Source of the DNA: Candidatus Poribacteria bacterium
GTDB lineage: Bacteria > Poribacteria > WGA-4E > WGA-3G
NCBI GenBank assembly: GCA_963663765.2
Contig: CAXXUA010000006.1
Location: 128,001-192,000, forward strand
Direction of reading: 5' to 3'
DNA: 64,000 nt
Positions 34,379 through 45,784 of this stretch are shown one piece after another (position 1 is the stretch's first letter; each line of letters starts with the position of its first letter). A program made the position numbers and the translations under genes. The notes under the pieces were generated by a model. The model searched no databases, had not been told where the DNA came from, and saw only the letters and a program-made list of their open reading frames with translations.

Positions 34379-35052
34379 ATCCACAGAACTTCAGAGTTTT
34401 TCAGATTTCGATTTTCTGAGTAAATTTTATCACAGACGTTGGTCCATCGGTTTGCTTATTTTTAGTCGTTATCGCATTCTTTGTCTGAACCATGTTGACA
34501 AAAACTATACACGTTTGAAAAAGTGTATTGAGTTGCAAGTTGAATTGTGATAAATTATTGCTTTGTTAAAAATATTGGTAAACGTCTAACAGTGTTGACG
34601 GGTGTGTAAAGTTTTTGCACAGAGGTACTAACTTGTGTTCTCTTTAGTCCCGCAGGGACGCAATGTTTATAGAAAGACGTTATCACATCCCCTCTCTTTA
34701 GTTCCGTAGTAACGACATAGAAGGATAAACATATCGTCCCTAATGAAGATTAATAAATACTTTGGGTAATTCTACTAATCCGGCTACAATCTGAAAAATA
34801 TTTATTACCCGATTAATAAATTAATCTTCTTATGGGTCTAAAGAACTAGACAAGATGGTATCCCATAAAATTAACGACATAGCAAGATAATACCAAAAAT
34901 ATTGAAAACTAAATAACCCTGCCCCATCGTTAACTAATATTGACATTCATTATAGTATTCTGGTATCCTATATTAAAAATCATAAACGTCAATTTTCTGA
35001 ATCTATTTTTACACTTGACAAAAAACTGTCCACATTAGGAAACAAATAACTT

Positions 35053-35769
35053 ATGTTTGGTGAAATTAGAAACGAACACGGTGAACGTCTTGACTATACA
35101 TATCAAAAAGGCAAAGACAACAGAATTGTAGTGATTGGTCACGGAGTCACAGGCAATAAAGATAGACCTGCTCTCATCGCTTTAGCAGAAGGTCTCACTG
35201 ATGCTGGTCTTTCCGCATTGCGATTCTCATTCTCTGGCAACGGTGAATCGGAAGGAACATTTTCTGACTCCACTATCACAAAAGAGGTTGCGGACCTCGG
35301 TTGCATTTTAGATAAGCTCAGAGAACACAAAGTCTGCTACGTTGGTCATAGTATGGGAGGCGCAGTCGGTGTGCTACGTGCTGCATCCGATGAACGCATC
35401 CAAGTACTTGTGTCGCTTGCAGGCATGGTGCATACAAAAGCATTTGCTGACCGAGAATTCGGTGATATTACACCTAACAGCGGATTTATGTGGGATGATC
35501 CCGAATGTCCCCTATCACAAACCTATATGGACGACATGGCAGCGATCGACAGTGTCGCAAAACACGCAAGTAAATTTGCTATCCCCTGGCTATTAGTTCA
35601 CGGTTCAGAGGATGACATCGTGCCAGTCCAAGATAGCATTGACATCCTAAAATACGCAAATGAACCAACAGAACTCCTTCAACTCCCCGGCGTAGACCAT
35701 GTCTTTTCAGATGATGGCACACCCATCATGGTTGAAAAAGTTGTCGCGTGGATTAACAAAAAACTGTAA
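35053..35769 (+). CDS. Alpha/beta hydrolase
   Basis: HG oxyanion motif, GHSMG nucleophile elbow, HGSEDDIVP, DHVF. Confidence 0.92.
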   Translation: MFGEIRNEHGERLDYTYQKGKDNRIVVIGHGVTGNKDRPALIALAEGLTDAGLSALRFSFSGNGESEGTFSDSTITKEVADLGCILDKLREHKVCYVGHSMGGAVGVLRAASDERIQVLVSLAGMVHTKAFADREFGDITPNSGFMWDDPECPLSQTYMDDMAAIDSVAKHASKFAIPWLLVHGSEDDIVPVQDSIDILKYANEPTELLQLPGVDHVFSDDGTPIMVEKVVAWINKKL

Positions 35770-35789
35770 ATACAATTTTTCATATACGA

Positions 35790-36635
35790 ATGTATCGGAG
35801 TCTTTATATTATGCCATCACCACGTCTCTCAGTCTCAACATGGAGTTTGCATCGACAACTCGGTAAACCCGGTTTCACCAGTCCAGTTCATGACATGCAA
35901 ATCCCTACTGAAACCCACAATAAAGGTCCCATCTCACTGCTGGACTTACCATCACGCATTGCGGAATTCGGCATAAACACTGTAGAGATTTGCCATTTTC
36001 ACCTACCATCCATAGAACAGTCTTACTTGCATGAACTCCGTGCTGCACTTCAAAATGCCAATGTTGAACTTTTCTCTTTGCTTATTGATGATGGTGACAT
36101 TACACACGCTAATAACGCAGAACGAGACATCACATGGATAGAAAAATGGATTGACATTGCAGGGGAACTCGATGCAAGTTGTGCACGCGTCATCGGGGGC
36201 AAAGCAACACCGTCTGATGAAACATTAGCACAAAGTCAACATGCCCTCTCCCGATTAACCGATCGCGCACAAACTGCTGGAATTCGCTTAATGACAGAAA
36301 ATTGGTTCTCCATTTTCTCAACACCTAAAAATGTCAACACTATATTAGACAGGTTGGATGGAAAAGTTGGCTTATGTCTTGACTTCGGCAACTGGCGTGG
36401 CGATACAAAATACACTGACCTTGCTGCAATCGCACCGAAAGCAGAATCGTGTCATACCAAAGCACATTTTGCTGCCCCGCGCGAAATAGACGAAGAAGAT
36501 TATATCCAATGCCTTGAACTTACCCAAAATGCGGGTTTTGCCGGACCGCATACCCTTATCTACGATGGACCGGATGATAACGAATGGGAAGGCTTAACCA
36601 TTGAACGCGAGGTCGTAAACCCATATCTCAACTAA
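35790..36635 (+). CDS. Sugar-phosphate isomerase/epimerase (AP-endonuclease-2 TIM barrel) family protein
   Basis: VSTWSLH, TENW, LDFGN, HTKAH. Confidence 0.8.
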   Translation: MYRSLYIMPSPRLSVSTWSLHRQLGKPGFTSPVHDMQIPTETHNKGPISLLDLPSRIAEFGINTVEICHFHLPSIEQSYLHELRAALQNANVELFSLLIDDGDITHANNAERDITWIEKWIDIAGELDASCARVIGGKATPSDETLAQSQHALSRLTDRAQTAGIRLMTENWFSIFSTPKNVNTILDRLDGKVGLCLDFGNWRGDTKYTDLAAIAPKAESCHTKAHFAAPREIDEEDYIQCLELTQNAGFAGPHTLIYDGPDDNEWEGLTIEREVVNPYLN

Positions 36636-36983
36636 TGCAGTACCTACGCAAAATAGTAAGTACACTTTGATAAAGATTAATTTATTAAACGGGTAATCAT
36701 ATATTTTTCACTCGGTTGACGGGGAATGCCAAAAGGCATTCATACCCGGGGACTGCCAAAAGGCATTCATACCGTTGATTTCTTGATTTCTTGATTTCTT
36801 GATTTCTTGATTTGGTGCTTTGTAAGCGCGCTGATATGTCAAAACCCAATGAAGTTTGACAATCAAAATCGGTAGTTGAATTCGTAGGGGTTGGGTTCCC
36901 CAACCCGGTTGGTTTTTGAGTTTGCATAGATCTTGTATGGAAACCACGCCCCTACGAATACACAACTTGAACCTCAAAACTCA

Positions 36984-37125
36984 TTAGGTGTCAACTTAAG
37001 AAAATATTGTTTGCATTTTCTCTTGTGGGAGGGGTTTTCAACCCCGATTTGAGCGGAAATGCACTAAAATATCGGGGTTGAAAACCCCTCACACAAGAGG
37101 TTAAAATCCTTAAGTTGACACCTAT
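36984..37125. mobile_element. MITE family E (TAGGTGTCAACTTAAG TIR)
   Basis: Same ~141-bp unit as 37984-38124 and 46949-47089. Confidence 0.85.
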
Positions 37126-37309
37126 AGCACTGATATGTCAAAACCTAACAGCGCGCTTACAAAGCACGCCTACCGTGGCTGGATTAGGAGAAATACCTAA
37201 TTTATTTATTAATCTTCATGTAAGAGCGTTGGAATAACACAATTCTATAACTGTTATGTATAGTTTGATCGTATGGGAGTACACTATTAGACTTGGAGAC
37301 TGAAGATAA

Positions 37310-38258
37310 ATGCATAACGAATTTATCTCAATGATGACAGAACGCATAGTACAAGATTTTGATCCCGTGCAAATTATCCTATTCGGTTCGCATGCACGAG
37401 AAGACGCTGATCAACATAGTGACATAGATCTACTTGTTGTTTTTGACGAACTATCGGATAAACGGAGAACGGCAATTGATATAATGAATGCCTTGTCTGA
37501 CTTACCCATCGCAAAGGACATCATTGTCTCAACACCTGAAGAACTTGAACGCAGCCGCACGCGAATCGGATCAGTCCTACGTTACGCACAACAGGAAGGT
37601 AAAATTCTTTGGAAGAGTTGGAACGCAGCTCCATCCGAATCATCTCAGTTTAGTGGTCTATACGAAAAGCAAGAAAACACAGATATACATACAAATGATC
37701 GACTCGAAGATACCTCCAGATGGCTACGCTATGCAGAGGAAGATTTGATCACTGCTGAAACATTCTTAGGACATCCGCACGTGCCACCTCGCCAGTCATG
37801 TTGGTTAGCACAACAAGCAGCAGAAAAAGCGTTAAAAGCAGCATTAATTTTCTTACAAATTGATTTTCGTAGAACACATGACTTGGTTGAACTGCGGGAC
37901 ATGTTTCCTGAGAGTTGCCAACTCAAAAAAATAAATCCAAACATGTCGAATCTAACCCGTTGGGTAGTGGAAGCCAGATACCCATAGGTGTCAACTTAAG
38001 AAAAAAGTGTTGGCATATTCTCTTGTGGGAGGGGTTTTTAACCCCGATTTGAGCGGAAAAGCGCATAAAATCGGGGTTGAAAACCCCTCCCACAAGAGGT
38101 AAAAATCCTTAAGTTGAGACCTATGGGTAGTTGAAGCCAGATACCCGGAGAAAATACAAGATGCTACCGAAACAGAAGCGTCCAATGCTGTCGAACAAGC
38201 GCATGCTATATGGGAATCTGTAGCTACTGCGCTCGTAGAACACGGTTTTTCACTATAA
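37310..38258 (+). pseudogene. Fused MNT nucleotidyltransferase-HEPN protein (type VII TA-like) interrupted by a MITE
   Basis: ILFGSHAR...SDIDLLVV; AQQAAEKALKA, RTHDL, ARYP; the reading resumes after the insert (EKIQDATETEA...GFSL*, stop 38256-38258). Confidence 0.85.
37984..38124. mobile_element. 141-bp MITE family E with 22-bp target duplication
   Basis: ATAGGTGTCAACTTAAG/CTTAAGTTGAGACCTAT ends; GGGTAGT(G/T)GAAGCCAGATACCC at 37962-37983 and 38125-38146. Confidence 0.9.
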
Positions 38259-38278
38259 CAATCAGGAGTAACGATTCA

Positions 38279-38742
38279 CGAGTTGTGCTAAAAAACTATA
38301 TGTTAACCATTGTTTCACATAAGCATGACGTTTTGCAGGTGTCCTTCATAGTTTGAAACGATCTTCAGTCCCGACAAATGCCATACGGGGAATGCCTTAA
38401 TGGCATTCATACCGTTGATTTGGCGCATTTGGCGTTGATTTGGTAGGGACGATATGTTTATAGAAAAACGTCATAGTACATCCTCTTTAGTCCCGTAGGG
38501 ACGATATGTTTATAGATAACGAATACCCTTCCCAGTTCTTTAGTCCCGTAGGGACGATATGTTTATTCTTCTATGTCGTTCCTACGGAACTCTATTGGGG
38601 TTGAAAACATTTTCTATAAACATATCGTTCCTACGGAACTAAAGACATGGACAAGAGGGTATTACAAAATATTAACGGTATAACAAAATACTATCAAAAA
38701 TATTAAAAACTGAATAACCTTGTGAAAACTGCGTAAGTCCTG
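38279..38742. repeat. Composite repeat tract; first ~180 bp shared with 58896-59110
   Basis: CGAGTTGTGCTAAA...TAGTTTGAAACGATCTTCAGTCCCG...GGCATTCATACC and GTCCCGTAGGGAC repeats in both places. Confidence 0.75.
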
Positions 38743-38789
38743 ACAAGGAGTTATCGCGCGGTCGGCATCTTAAGTAAGGATACAGTTAT

Positions 38790-39632
38790 ATGTTCTCACT
38801 ATCAAAAACACAATACAGCCTAACTATCGCTTGGAATGACCAGCAAGTCTTAGGATACCATTTTCCTAAAGATGGCAACCGTCCCTTTTGCCATCCATTG
38901 AACCTACCCGGAGCACCTACACTCACTATGAATGAACCGGGGGATCACGTCCATCATCAGGGATTATGGGTCGCGTGGAAAATGGTAAACGATGTTAACT
39001 TCTGGGAACAACCCGCACCAGGTGCTGACCCCACAGGGTTCGGTAAGATCGTTCACAAGCGGATTATATCACTAAATACGACTACCGACCGCGCAAGCAT
39101 AACAACAGAAAACGCATGGATTGATTGGCAAGGTATAACCCATCTGACAGAACACCGAAAAATTACCGTCCATGCACCTTCTGAAGATACTATGCACATT
39201 TCTGTAGGATTGACACTCCGTCCAAACCAACGTGAGGTAGTGCTTGATCTACGGCGCGGTGACCCAGGCGGTATGGGTAGATACTACAGCGGTTTGGCTA
39301 TTCGATTTGACAATATCATCACACCGGGTAAGTTATTAGACGCTGACGGTCGCACCGAACCAATGGAGATTTTCGGTAAACAAAGCAAATGGTGTAGTTT
39401 CACTTCACAACACCCGACCGACAACGAAACCTACGGTATCGCAATCGTTGACCATCCAGATAATCCTCGCCATCCAACACCATGGTGGGTACGCAACCGA
39501 GAAAACTACTGCTTAATTCATCCTTCCCCTGTCTATCATCAACCGATCCACCTTACCCCTGATGAGAACCTGACTTTGCGGTATCGTGTTGTTCTTTACC
39601 GCGGACAACCGAATGCAGAAGTTTTTGAGTAG
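38790..39632 (+). CDS. PmoA-like (DUF6807-type) beta-sandwich protein
   Basis: RPFCHPL, DHVHHQGLW, VNFW, YSGL.IRF, DHPDNPRHPTPW.VR, LRYRV. Confidence 0.75.
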   Translation: MFSLSKTQYSLTIAWNDQQVLGYHFPKDGNRPFCHPLNLPGAPTLTMNEPGDHVHHQGLWVAWKMVNDVNFWEQPAPGADPTGFGKIVHKRIISLNTTTDRASITTENAWIDWQGITHLTEHRKITVHAPSEDTMHISVGLTLRPNQREVVLDLRRGDPGGMGRYYSGLAIRFDNIITPGKLLDADGRTEPMEIFGKQSKWCSFTSQHPTDNETYGIAIVDHPDNPRHPTPWWVRNRENYCLIHPSPVYHQPIHLTPDENLTLRYRVVLYRGQPNAEVFE

Positions 39633-39651
39633 AGGGACTAACATTCTAATA

Positions 39652-40717
39652 ATACCAATTCAAATAAATCTTGTCTCATTATGGAATTATACTGTTTACT
39701 GCCAGGGGGTTACTCTCTTCGGTAGGAGCGACATCACGGTCGCGACCGGGAGGTCGCTCCTACCAGATTTCCGCTGCTAATTAGACATTATCACATGAAA
39801 ATAGTATCATACCGATTCAAATAAATCTTGTCTCATTATGGAATTATACTGTTTACTGCCAGGGGGTTACTCTCTTCGGTAGGAGCGACATCACGGTCGC
39901 GACCGGGAGGTCGCTCCTACCAGATTTCCGCTGCTAATTAGACATTATCACATGAAAATAGTATCATACCGATTCAAATAAATCTTGTCTCATTATGGAA
40001 TTCTAATGTTTACTGGCACGGGGTTACCCTCTTCGGTAGGAGCGACCTCCTGGTCGCGACAGTGAGGTCGCTCATACCAGATTTCCGCTGCTAATGAGAC
40101 ATTATCATACCGATTCAAATAAATCTTGTCTCATTATGGAATTATAATGTTTACTGCCAGGGGTTCACTCTCTTCGGTAGGAGCGACCTCCTGGTCGCGA
40201 CAGTGAGGTCGCTCCTACCAGATTTCCGCTGCAAATGAGACATTATCACATGCAAATGGTATCATACCGATTCAAATAAATCTTGTCTCATTATGGAATT
40301 CTAATGTTTACTGGCACGGGGTTACCCTCTTCGGTAGGAGCGACATCACGGTCGCGACCGGGAGGTCGCTCCTACCAGATTTCCGCTGCTAATTAGACAT
40401 TATCACATGAAAATAGTATCATACCGATTCAAATAAATCTTGTCTCATTATGGAATTCTAATGTTTACTGGCACGGGGTTACCCTCTTCGGTAGGAGCGA
40501 CCTCCTGGTCGCGACAGTGAGGTCGCTCATACCAGATTTCCGCTGCTAATGAGACATTATCATACCAATTCAAATAAATCTTGTCTCATTATGGAATTAT
40601 ACTGTTTACTGCCAGGGGTTCACTCTCTTCGGTAGGAGCGACCTCCTGGTCGCGACAGTGAGGTCGCTCATACCAGATTTCCGCTGCAAATGAGACATTA
40701 TCACATGGAAATGGAAT
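39652..40717. repeat. Seven tandem R157 units
   Basis: Unit starts 39652, 39809, 39966, 40107, 40264, 40421, 40562. Confidence 0.95.
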
Positions 40718-40789
40718 AAATCCACTATAAAAGAAAAATTCAAACAAATAAATATTTATGAGCTACACTGATGATATTTTGACAAACAT

Positions 40790-41362
40790 TTAGTTCCACC
40801 TATCACCCGACAAGTTATTTGTTAACGGAGCACGTGAGTTGTTAGGCAGTATCTCTGTTCTCCGTATGTGAGCATAATGTATCCAGGACTGGACGATATA
40901 AGGTCCCTCGATCCAACTGTAAATTTTGGAAAATCCACATGCGACGTTATCGTATAGTCTTGGCGGGATTGTGCGGGGATCGTAGTGTTTACCGGGGGGT
41001 CTTGGATATGTTGGTAACAAAATACCTAAAAGTCCAGAACGGGTGTTGTATTCTGTCTGACGTATACTGGAGCTTATCCCCCAATCCACCGATTTCTGTT
41101 GCCATGTATTAGCACCGATCAACACGACAGTCACTGTAGAATCCCGGAGATATTTATCACGTATGTGCTGACGAATGCGTTCTGTTGAGAATGTCGTACT
41201 ATCAAAGTCTCCTATTTTGTTAGACCTTGACACTATGATGCCGTAGACATCTAAAAACAATTCTTCAAATCGTTCCTGATACTGCCGATCTTCAGTATGG
41301 CAGAAGTTGATAAATACTTTGTGTTGATTATTCATTTGATTTTTTGTTTGTTGAATATTCAA
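40790..41362 (-). CDS. MTH538/ThsB-like TIR-domain protein (DUF1863-like); catalytic Glu apparently replaced by Gly
   Basis: HKVFI..., IRDKYLRDSTVTVVLIG..TW..K.VDW(G)I, GLLGILLP, IPPRL; start possibly MNNQHK at 41335. Confidence 0.85.
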   Translation of the reverse strand: MNIQQTKNQMNNQHKVFINFCHTEDRQYQERFEELFLDVYGIIVSRSNKIGDFDSTTFSTERIRQHIRDKYLRDSTVTVVLIGANTWQQKSVDWGISSSIRQTEYNTRSGLLGILLPTYPRPPGKHYDPRTIPPRLYDNVACGFSKIYSWIEGPYIVQSWIHYAHIRRTEILPNNSRAPLTNNLSGDRWN

Positions 41363-41394
41363 ATATATGTTTGTGAAATAGGTTCACACTTCAT

Positions 41395-41608
41395 AATTAA
41401 AGACACAGTTTTATATCGCAAAGGGTGCATAAAGCATAAAATATTTGAATTTTATCTAAAGATTGGTGAAAAAACGCAGAAAAATAACAAACCAAGCGAA
41501 AATTACTGGCAAGGTGTTCCGCTTGAGAAAGATCTTGCTAATATTATGCGTAAACGTGAATACAATCCCGAAATGTCTATTGATGAAATTACAAAAGTGT
41601 ATAAGTAA
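41395..41608 (+). repeat. Segment X: 3' gene-like fragment repeated at 44619-44747 and 46628-46800
   Basis: TTAAAGACACAGTTTTA...AAACCAAGCGAAAATTACTGG.AAGGTGT.CCGCTTG in all three copies. Confidence 0.8.
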
Positions 41609-41682
41609 TTATAGAGTTCACTAAAAGAAGGGGGTAATTGCACTTATTAACAACTTTTCAAGTCCAAAACGACTTATTCCGA

Positions 41683-41720
41683 AGAAAAAAGGCAGATACC
41701 CAAAAAGGATACCTGCCTAT
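41683..41720 (-). terminator. Putative intrinsic terminator after cassette 2
   Basis: Copy of 30121-30157. Confidence 0.6.
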
Positions 41721-41747
41721 GTGAAAAACAACTATAGATTCACTTTG

Positions 41748-43244
41748 TCAGGAAACATAAATGAGGTAACTATACTCATAACATGTCTGATCCGATGCGC
41801 TGGAATGCGGATAAATGTATGCTGTGAGTTTATACACACCACCTACGGCACCAGAAGGAATCGTAAAACTAAAGGTTACCTCTGTCTCAACAGTAGAATC
41901 TTGCGCGTAAGTTGTCGGAAACAACTCATCACCGTAAGTTCTACTATCCCCAGGCGGCAATAAATACCAATGCACTATTGCATATCCACCTGATTTCGTA
42001 ATCAACTTGGCAGTATGTGAGTCACCCGGTGCTAATGAAGGCATCTTTTGACCGTTCACAGTCGCTAAAGATGCACCCACAGGATATATATATAAACCGG
42101 GCGCGGTAGGCGTTGATGTGCTCGTGGACGCAGTCTCCGTGTTGGCTTCACTTGCAAGAGTGGATGTCTCAGTACCAACAACATTAGCCGACTCATCGTT
42201 ATCATCATTCGAATCATCTTCGTGATAGGTAGAATTCGGACACTGTTTGTGCTCACAAGTATACCATATGGAATCATCATATTTCAGGTTACAAAAATTC
42301 AGAATGACATCATAAAACCCATTATAGACTCTTTTCCAGCATACGATTTTGTGTGGAGAGTCATCTACATATTCATATACTAATGCGCTTATAGTATTCA
42401 TTCCTGACAGGGCAGTGGTGTAGATTAATTTTTTCAATGGTGCAAACTTTTTACCGCAAATACCAGGGCAAAGTCGATGGTGTGGTCCCGGTTTCGGACA
42501 AGAATCCGTTTCACAAGAATACCAACCGAACTTATTTGTCTTATGCAGTTCCTCTTGGCACTGTGTAAAATGATCCGCCATCAAAGCTGCAGGAGAAGTA
42601 TACGTCACACTACAATCATCACTGCCAAAACAACCATATTCAAAAACTATATTGTCAATCGGTGCGGTGTTAACCCCTATTGTAAGAGTTGCAGTGGGGG
42701 TACCGTGATATGCCGCATAGGCTGCGACATACGCCGTATAAGCATCATCCCTGTTCTTGAATAAACCTGTTGCCTGTTGAGAACCGTTTTTAAGATCACC
42801 GATCGTCGTCCGTATTTTACTCGTTTCGTTTATAGCGATATCCAACGAACTCGCTAAACGTATCTGACCTGAAATGTCTATAGCGGTGAGATTTGCATTT
42901 GTGAGAGCTTGCCTTAACTCTCCTACTGATGCAGTTGGGGTAATAAGACTTAGGGCAACAAAAAATATCAAAGAAACACCTTGATGTGCAGCTTCTATGC
43001 CTTGTTCACGCATCTCCTCCGCGTTGACATCATACAAAACCTTCAGATCATCCCGTTCAGGTTTGAGATCACGATAATTTCCCAGATTATCTCTTAACTC
43101 CCCAAGGGCATTTGTGAATGCGTCTTTGATCCTTTCATACTCTTTGAACGTCATTGCTGACGAGGCTATTGCTGGTATAATTTAAATCCCTATACAAATT
43201 AGTAAGAGACATAGCACTTTCTTATATACACAACGATTATTCAT
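41748..43244 (-). pseudogene. Secreted Cys/His-rich protein (cassette gene B2) with TAA in the signal peptide
   Basis: MNNRCVYKKVLCLLLICIGI*IIPAIASSAMTF (TAA 43182-43184), then 468 intact codons; same architecture as B1. Confidence 0.8.
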
Positions 43245-43839
43245 TATTTATCTCCTTGATTATCCGTTCACTGTCTTCATTAACAAGTTTATGCCATAAT
43301 TCAGACGCTTTTTCATCCTCCTCTATTGTACGAAACGGTATACCCACTGGAGATGCAGGAAACGGAGACATTCGATTATGTTCATAGTTTTTCCACGCTT
43401 CAGTTACGTATTTTTCATAAGCATCGTAAGTCGCTTCCCCTATATATCGGGGTTTGTTTCGCTCAGGATTGTTTTCATGAATAGGAACTGTCTTCTGTGA
43501 CGGTGTCACATCAGGAGTTTCGTTAGAACTTTCACCAATCTGCACAACCGGATGCTCAACAGGCGCATCAGGATTTCCGATCGGCACTTTGTCCCAGTGG
43601 TCGCCGTCCCATTCCCATTTGAAGCCGGGAATATCTACAGGTTTTTTTTCACTAAATACAACGTTTGGTGTTGTTGGGGTTTCTGTTTCTGTTTCCGTTT
43701 TGGGGTCTGGACCGGCAATTTCCTCCTTGAAATTTTTTAGGTCTACATGTAAATAGATTTGAAAAGCAACGATACCGACTATAAAACCGACTATAAATAG
43801 CGCGAGTCCGCCTATTGCCCACTGTAATTGTTTTGGCAT
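43237..43839 (-). CDS. Membrane-anchored hypothetical protein (cassette gene A2)
   Basis: GGAGG RBS; MPKQLQWAIGGLAL; WEWDGDHW. Confidence 0.88.
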   Translation of the reverse strand: MPKQLQWAIGGLALFIVGFIVGIVAFQIYLHVDLKNFKEEIAGPDPKTETETETPTTPNVVFSEKKPVDIPGFKWEWDGDHWDKVPIGNPDAPVEHPVVQIGESSNETPDVTPSQKTVPIHENNPERNKPRYIGEATYDAYEKYVTEAWKNYEHNRMSPFPASPVGIPFRTIEEDEKASELWHKLVNEDSERIIKEINNE

Positions 43840-44050
43840 GTCAATACCTCCTTATTTATGAGTCCCCTTGCGAACTTAATGTGTCTTGTTAGCAAGGTTC
43901 GGTTAATGCGGGGTTGATGATCCCCCGGTCAGGAATAATATGGTTACCAATTATATCTCCTTTGTGAAATATTGTTAAGATAAAACTATATGTTATCCAA
44001 TGATGCAAACTCTAAATCAACGCATCAGTATGAAATAGCCTCTATAGTTA

Positions 44051-44618
44051 CAATACCTTCGCCATTTTTGAGTACTTCAGTTGAATGAGTATATAGTGTT
44101 GATCTACCATTGCTCTGTGATATTGTTAGGATTACATAAATAAAAATTACTTCAGGTTTTCATTGAAGTATTTTTATTTATCATAGCGTCTAATTTGACG
44201 ATAGAATCTGACAGAATAATTTATATGCACAATCTGGAAGATTGTGCTACAACTGACCGCACAATCTGGAAGATTGTGCTACAACTGACCGCACAATCTG
44301 GAAGAATGTGCTACAACTGACCGCACAATCTGGAAGAATGTGCTACAACTGACCGCACAATCTGGAAGATTGTGCTACAACTGACCGCACAATCTGGAAG
44401 ATTGTGCTACAACTGACCGCACAATCTGGAAGATTGTGCTACAACTGACCACACACTCTGGCAGAATGTGCTACAACTGACCGCACAATCTGACAGAATG
44501 TGCTACAACTGACCGCACAATCTGGAAGAATGTGCTACAACTGACCACACACTTTGGCAGAATGTGCTACAACTGACCGCACAATCTGGCAGAATGTCTA
44601 TTATTGGCGAAGGTATTG
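44051..44618. mobile_element. MITE family A with 11.5 x 32-bp array; TSD TAGTTA
   Basis: CAATACCTTCGCCA...TGGCGAAGGTATTG; array 44227-44597. Confidence 0.88.
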
Positions 44619-44774
44619 TAGTTAAAGACACAGTTTTAGACAGAAAGGGTGCATCGGCATAAAATATTTGAATTTTATCTAAAAATTGGTGAAAAACGCT
44701 GGAAAATAACAAACCAAGCGAAAATTACTGGTAAGGTGTCCCGCTTGCACGTAGTAGTTGACTCGTTGGAAATT

Positions 44775-45011
44775 TTATCCATCTACGAAAATCGTTGGAG
44801 ATGCTTTTATACCTAATTCAGCAGCACGTTTGATGTTTTCCCTGAACAGATGATCAGCCTCAGGAGTATCAAACAAACGTTTATTTTTTTCCACATCAAT
44901 ACCAAGTTTCTTTGCACAATCTTCCCAACTTTTGTTTAACTTTTTACCACGACATAGGAGATAATCTAAAAGTTGCTCTAGATATTCTTGTGCGATGAGT
45001 AGCTGCCGCAT
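44775..45011 (-). pseudogene. C-terminal fragment of DsbA/thioredoxin-like protein
   Basis: AKKLGID...RAAELGIKASPTIFVDG resembles the G(V/I)xxTPTxxxNG end of the DsbA fold; no N-terminal CxxC. Confidence 0.55.
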
Positions 45012-45105
45012 ATTTTCTGCTACTTGATGATATTAAGACTCCGCTGTAAATGACAACACACATCAGAATTGTCAGGACATATAAATCTTTTTCATCGGTT
45101 TTCAC
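44944..45105 (-). pseudogene. 5' stub of cassette gene B3 (signal peptide only)
   Basis: GTG overlapping the A3 stop, MKTDEKDLYVLTILMCVVIYSGVLISS, then runs into the DsbA fragment. Confidence 0.5.
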
Positions 45106-45784
45106 CACTTTCACCGTATAATTCACGGTATTTTTTAATACCCCTCACTTTTGGAACAGGGACACGAACAATGTGGCCCGCTGCTTCCAGTGGTTTCCAG
45201 TACACTTCTTCCATCAAATCCCTTAATTTCTTGGCTTCATCGCTCCACATGCTTCCCCCAATATACCCTTGAGCAATTGCATTCTCAAGATGATTAAGTT
45301 CTGCTAATGCTCGGTATGATTCAGGAGAACGGTAGTCTGCGACCATAATTGCTGCATTTTTCCGAAGAGTGCCCTCAGGGTCTTTGAGAACGTGTTTGAA
45401 ATCTTCATATTTCGCCCGCGGCACATTGATTTCTGATGGGTTGATTCGTGTCGTTTTTGGTTCAAGCAACTGGATCGGTTTATCCTTCTGCACGGGTTGG
45501 TCTGCTTGCTGTACATCTATCGGCACTTCAAGCCAATGATCCCCGTGCCACTCATACTTACGTCCGTCATCTGGATGTGGTGGTCTGTTATCCACTTCAG
45601 GCACTTCCACCTGTTCGGGGGGTTGTTCGGTTTCCGTTTCAGTTTTGGGGTCTGGGCTGGCAAGTTCCTCTTTGAAATTTTTCAGGTCTACATGTAAATA
45701 GATTTGAAAAGCAACGATACCGACTATAAAACCGACTATAAGTAGCGCGAGTCCGCCTATTGCCCACTGTAATTGTCTTGGCAT
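45092..45784 (-). CDS. Membrane-anchored hypothetical protein (cassette gene A3)
   Basis: MPRQLQWAIGGLAL; YEWHGDHW. Confidence 0.88.
   Translation of the reverse strand: MPRQLQWAIGGLALLIVGFIVGIVAFQIYLHVDLKNFKEELASPDPKTETETEQPPEQVEVPEVDNRPPHPDDGRKYEWHGDHWLEVPIDVQQADQPVQKDKPIQLLEPKTTRINPSEINVPRAKYEDFKHVLKDPEGTLRKNAAIMVADYRSPESYRALAELNHLENAIAQGYIGGSMWSDEAKKLRDLMEEVYWKPLEAAGHIVRVPVPKVRGIKKYRELYGESGENR

Noticed and set aside
41297-41608. 103-aa ORF as an intact gene
   Set aside because: Its 5' part overlaps the TIR gene antisense; only the 3' part (segment X) looks like a repeated fragment.
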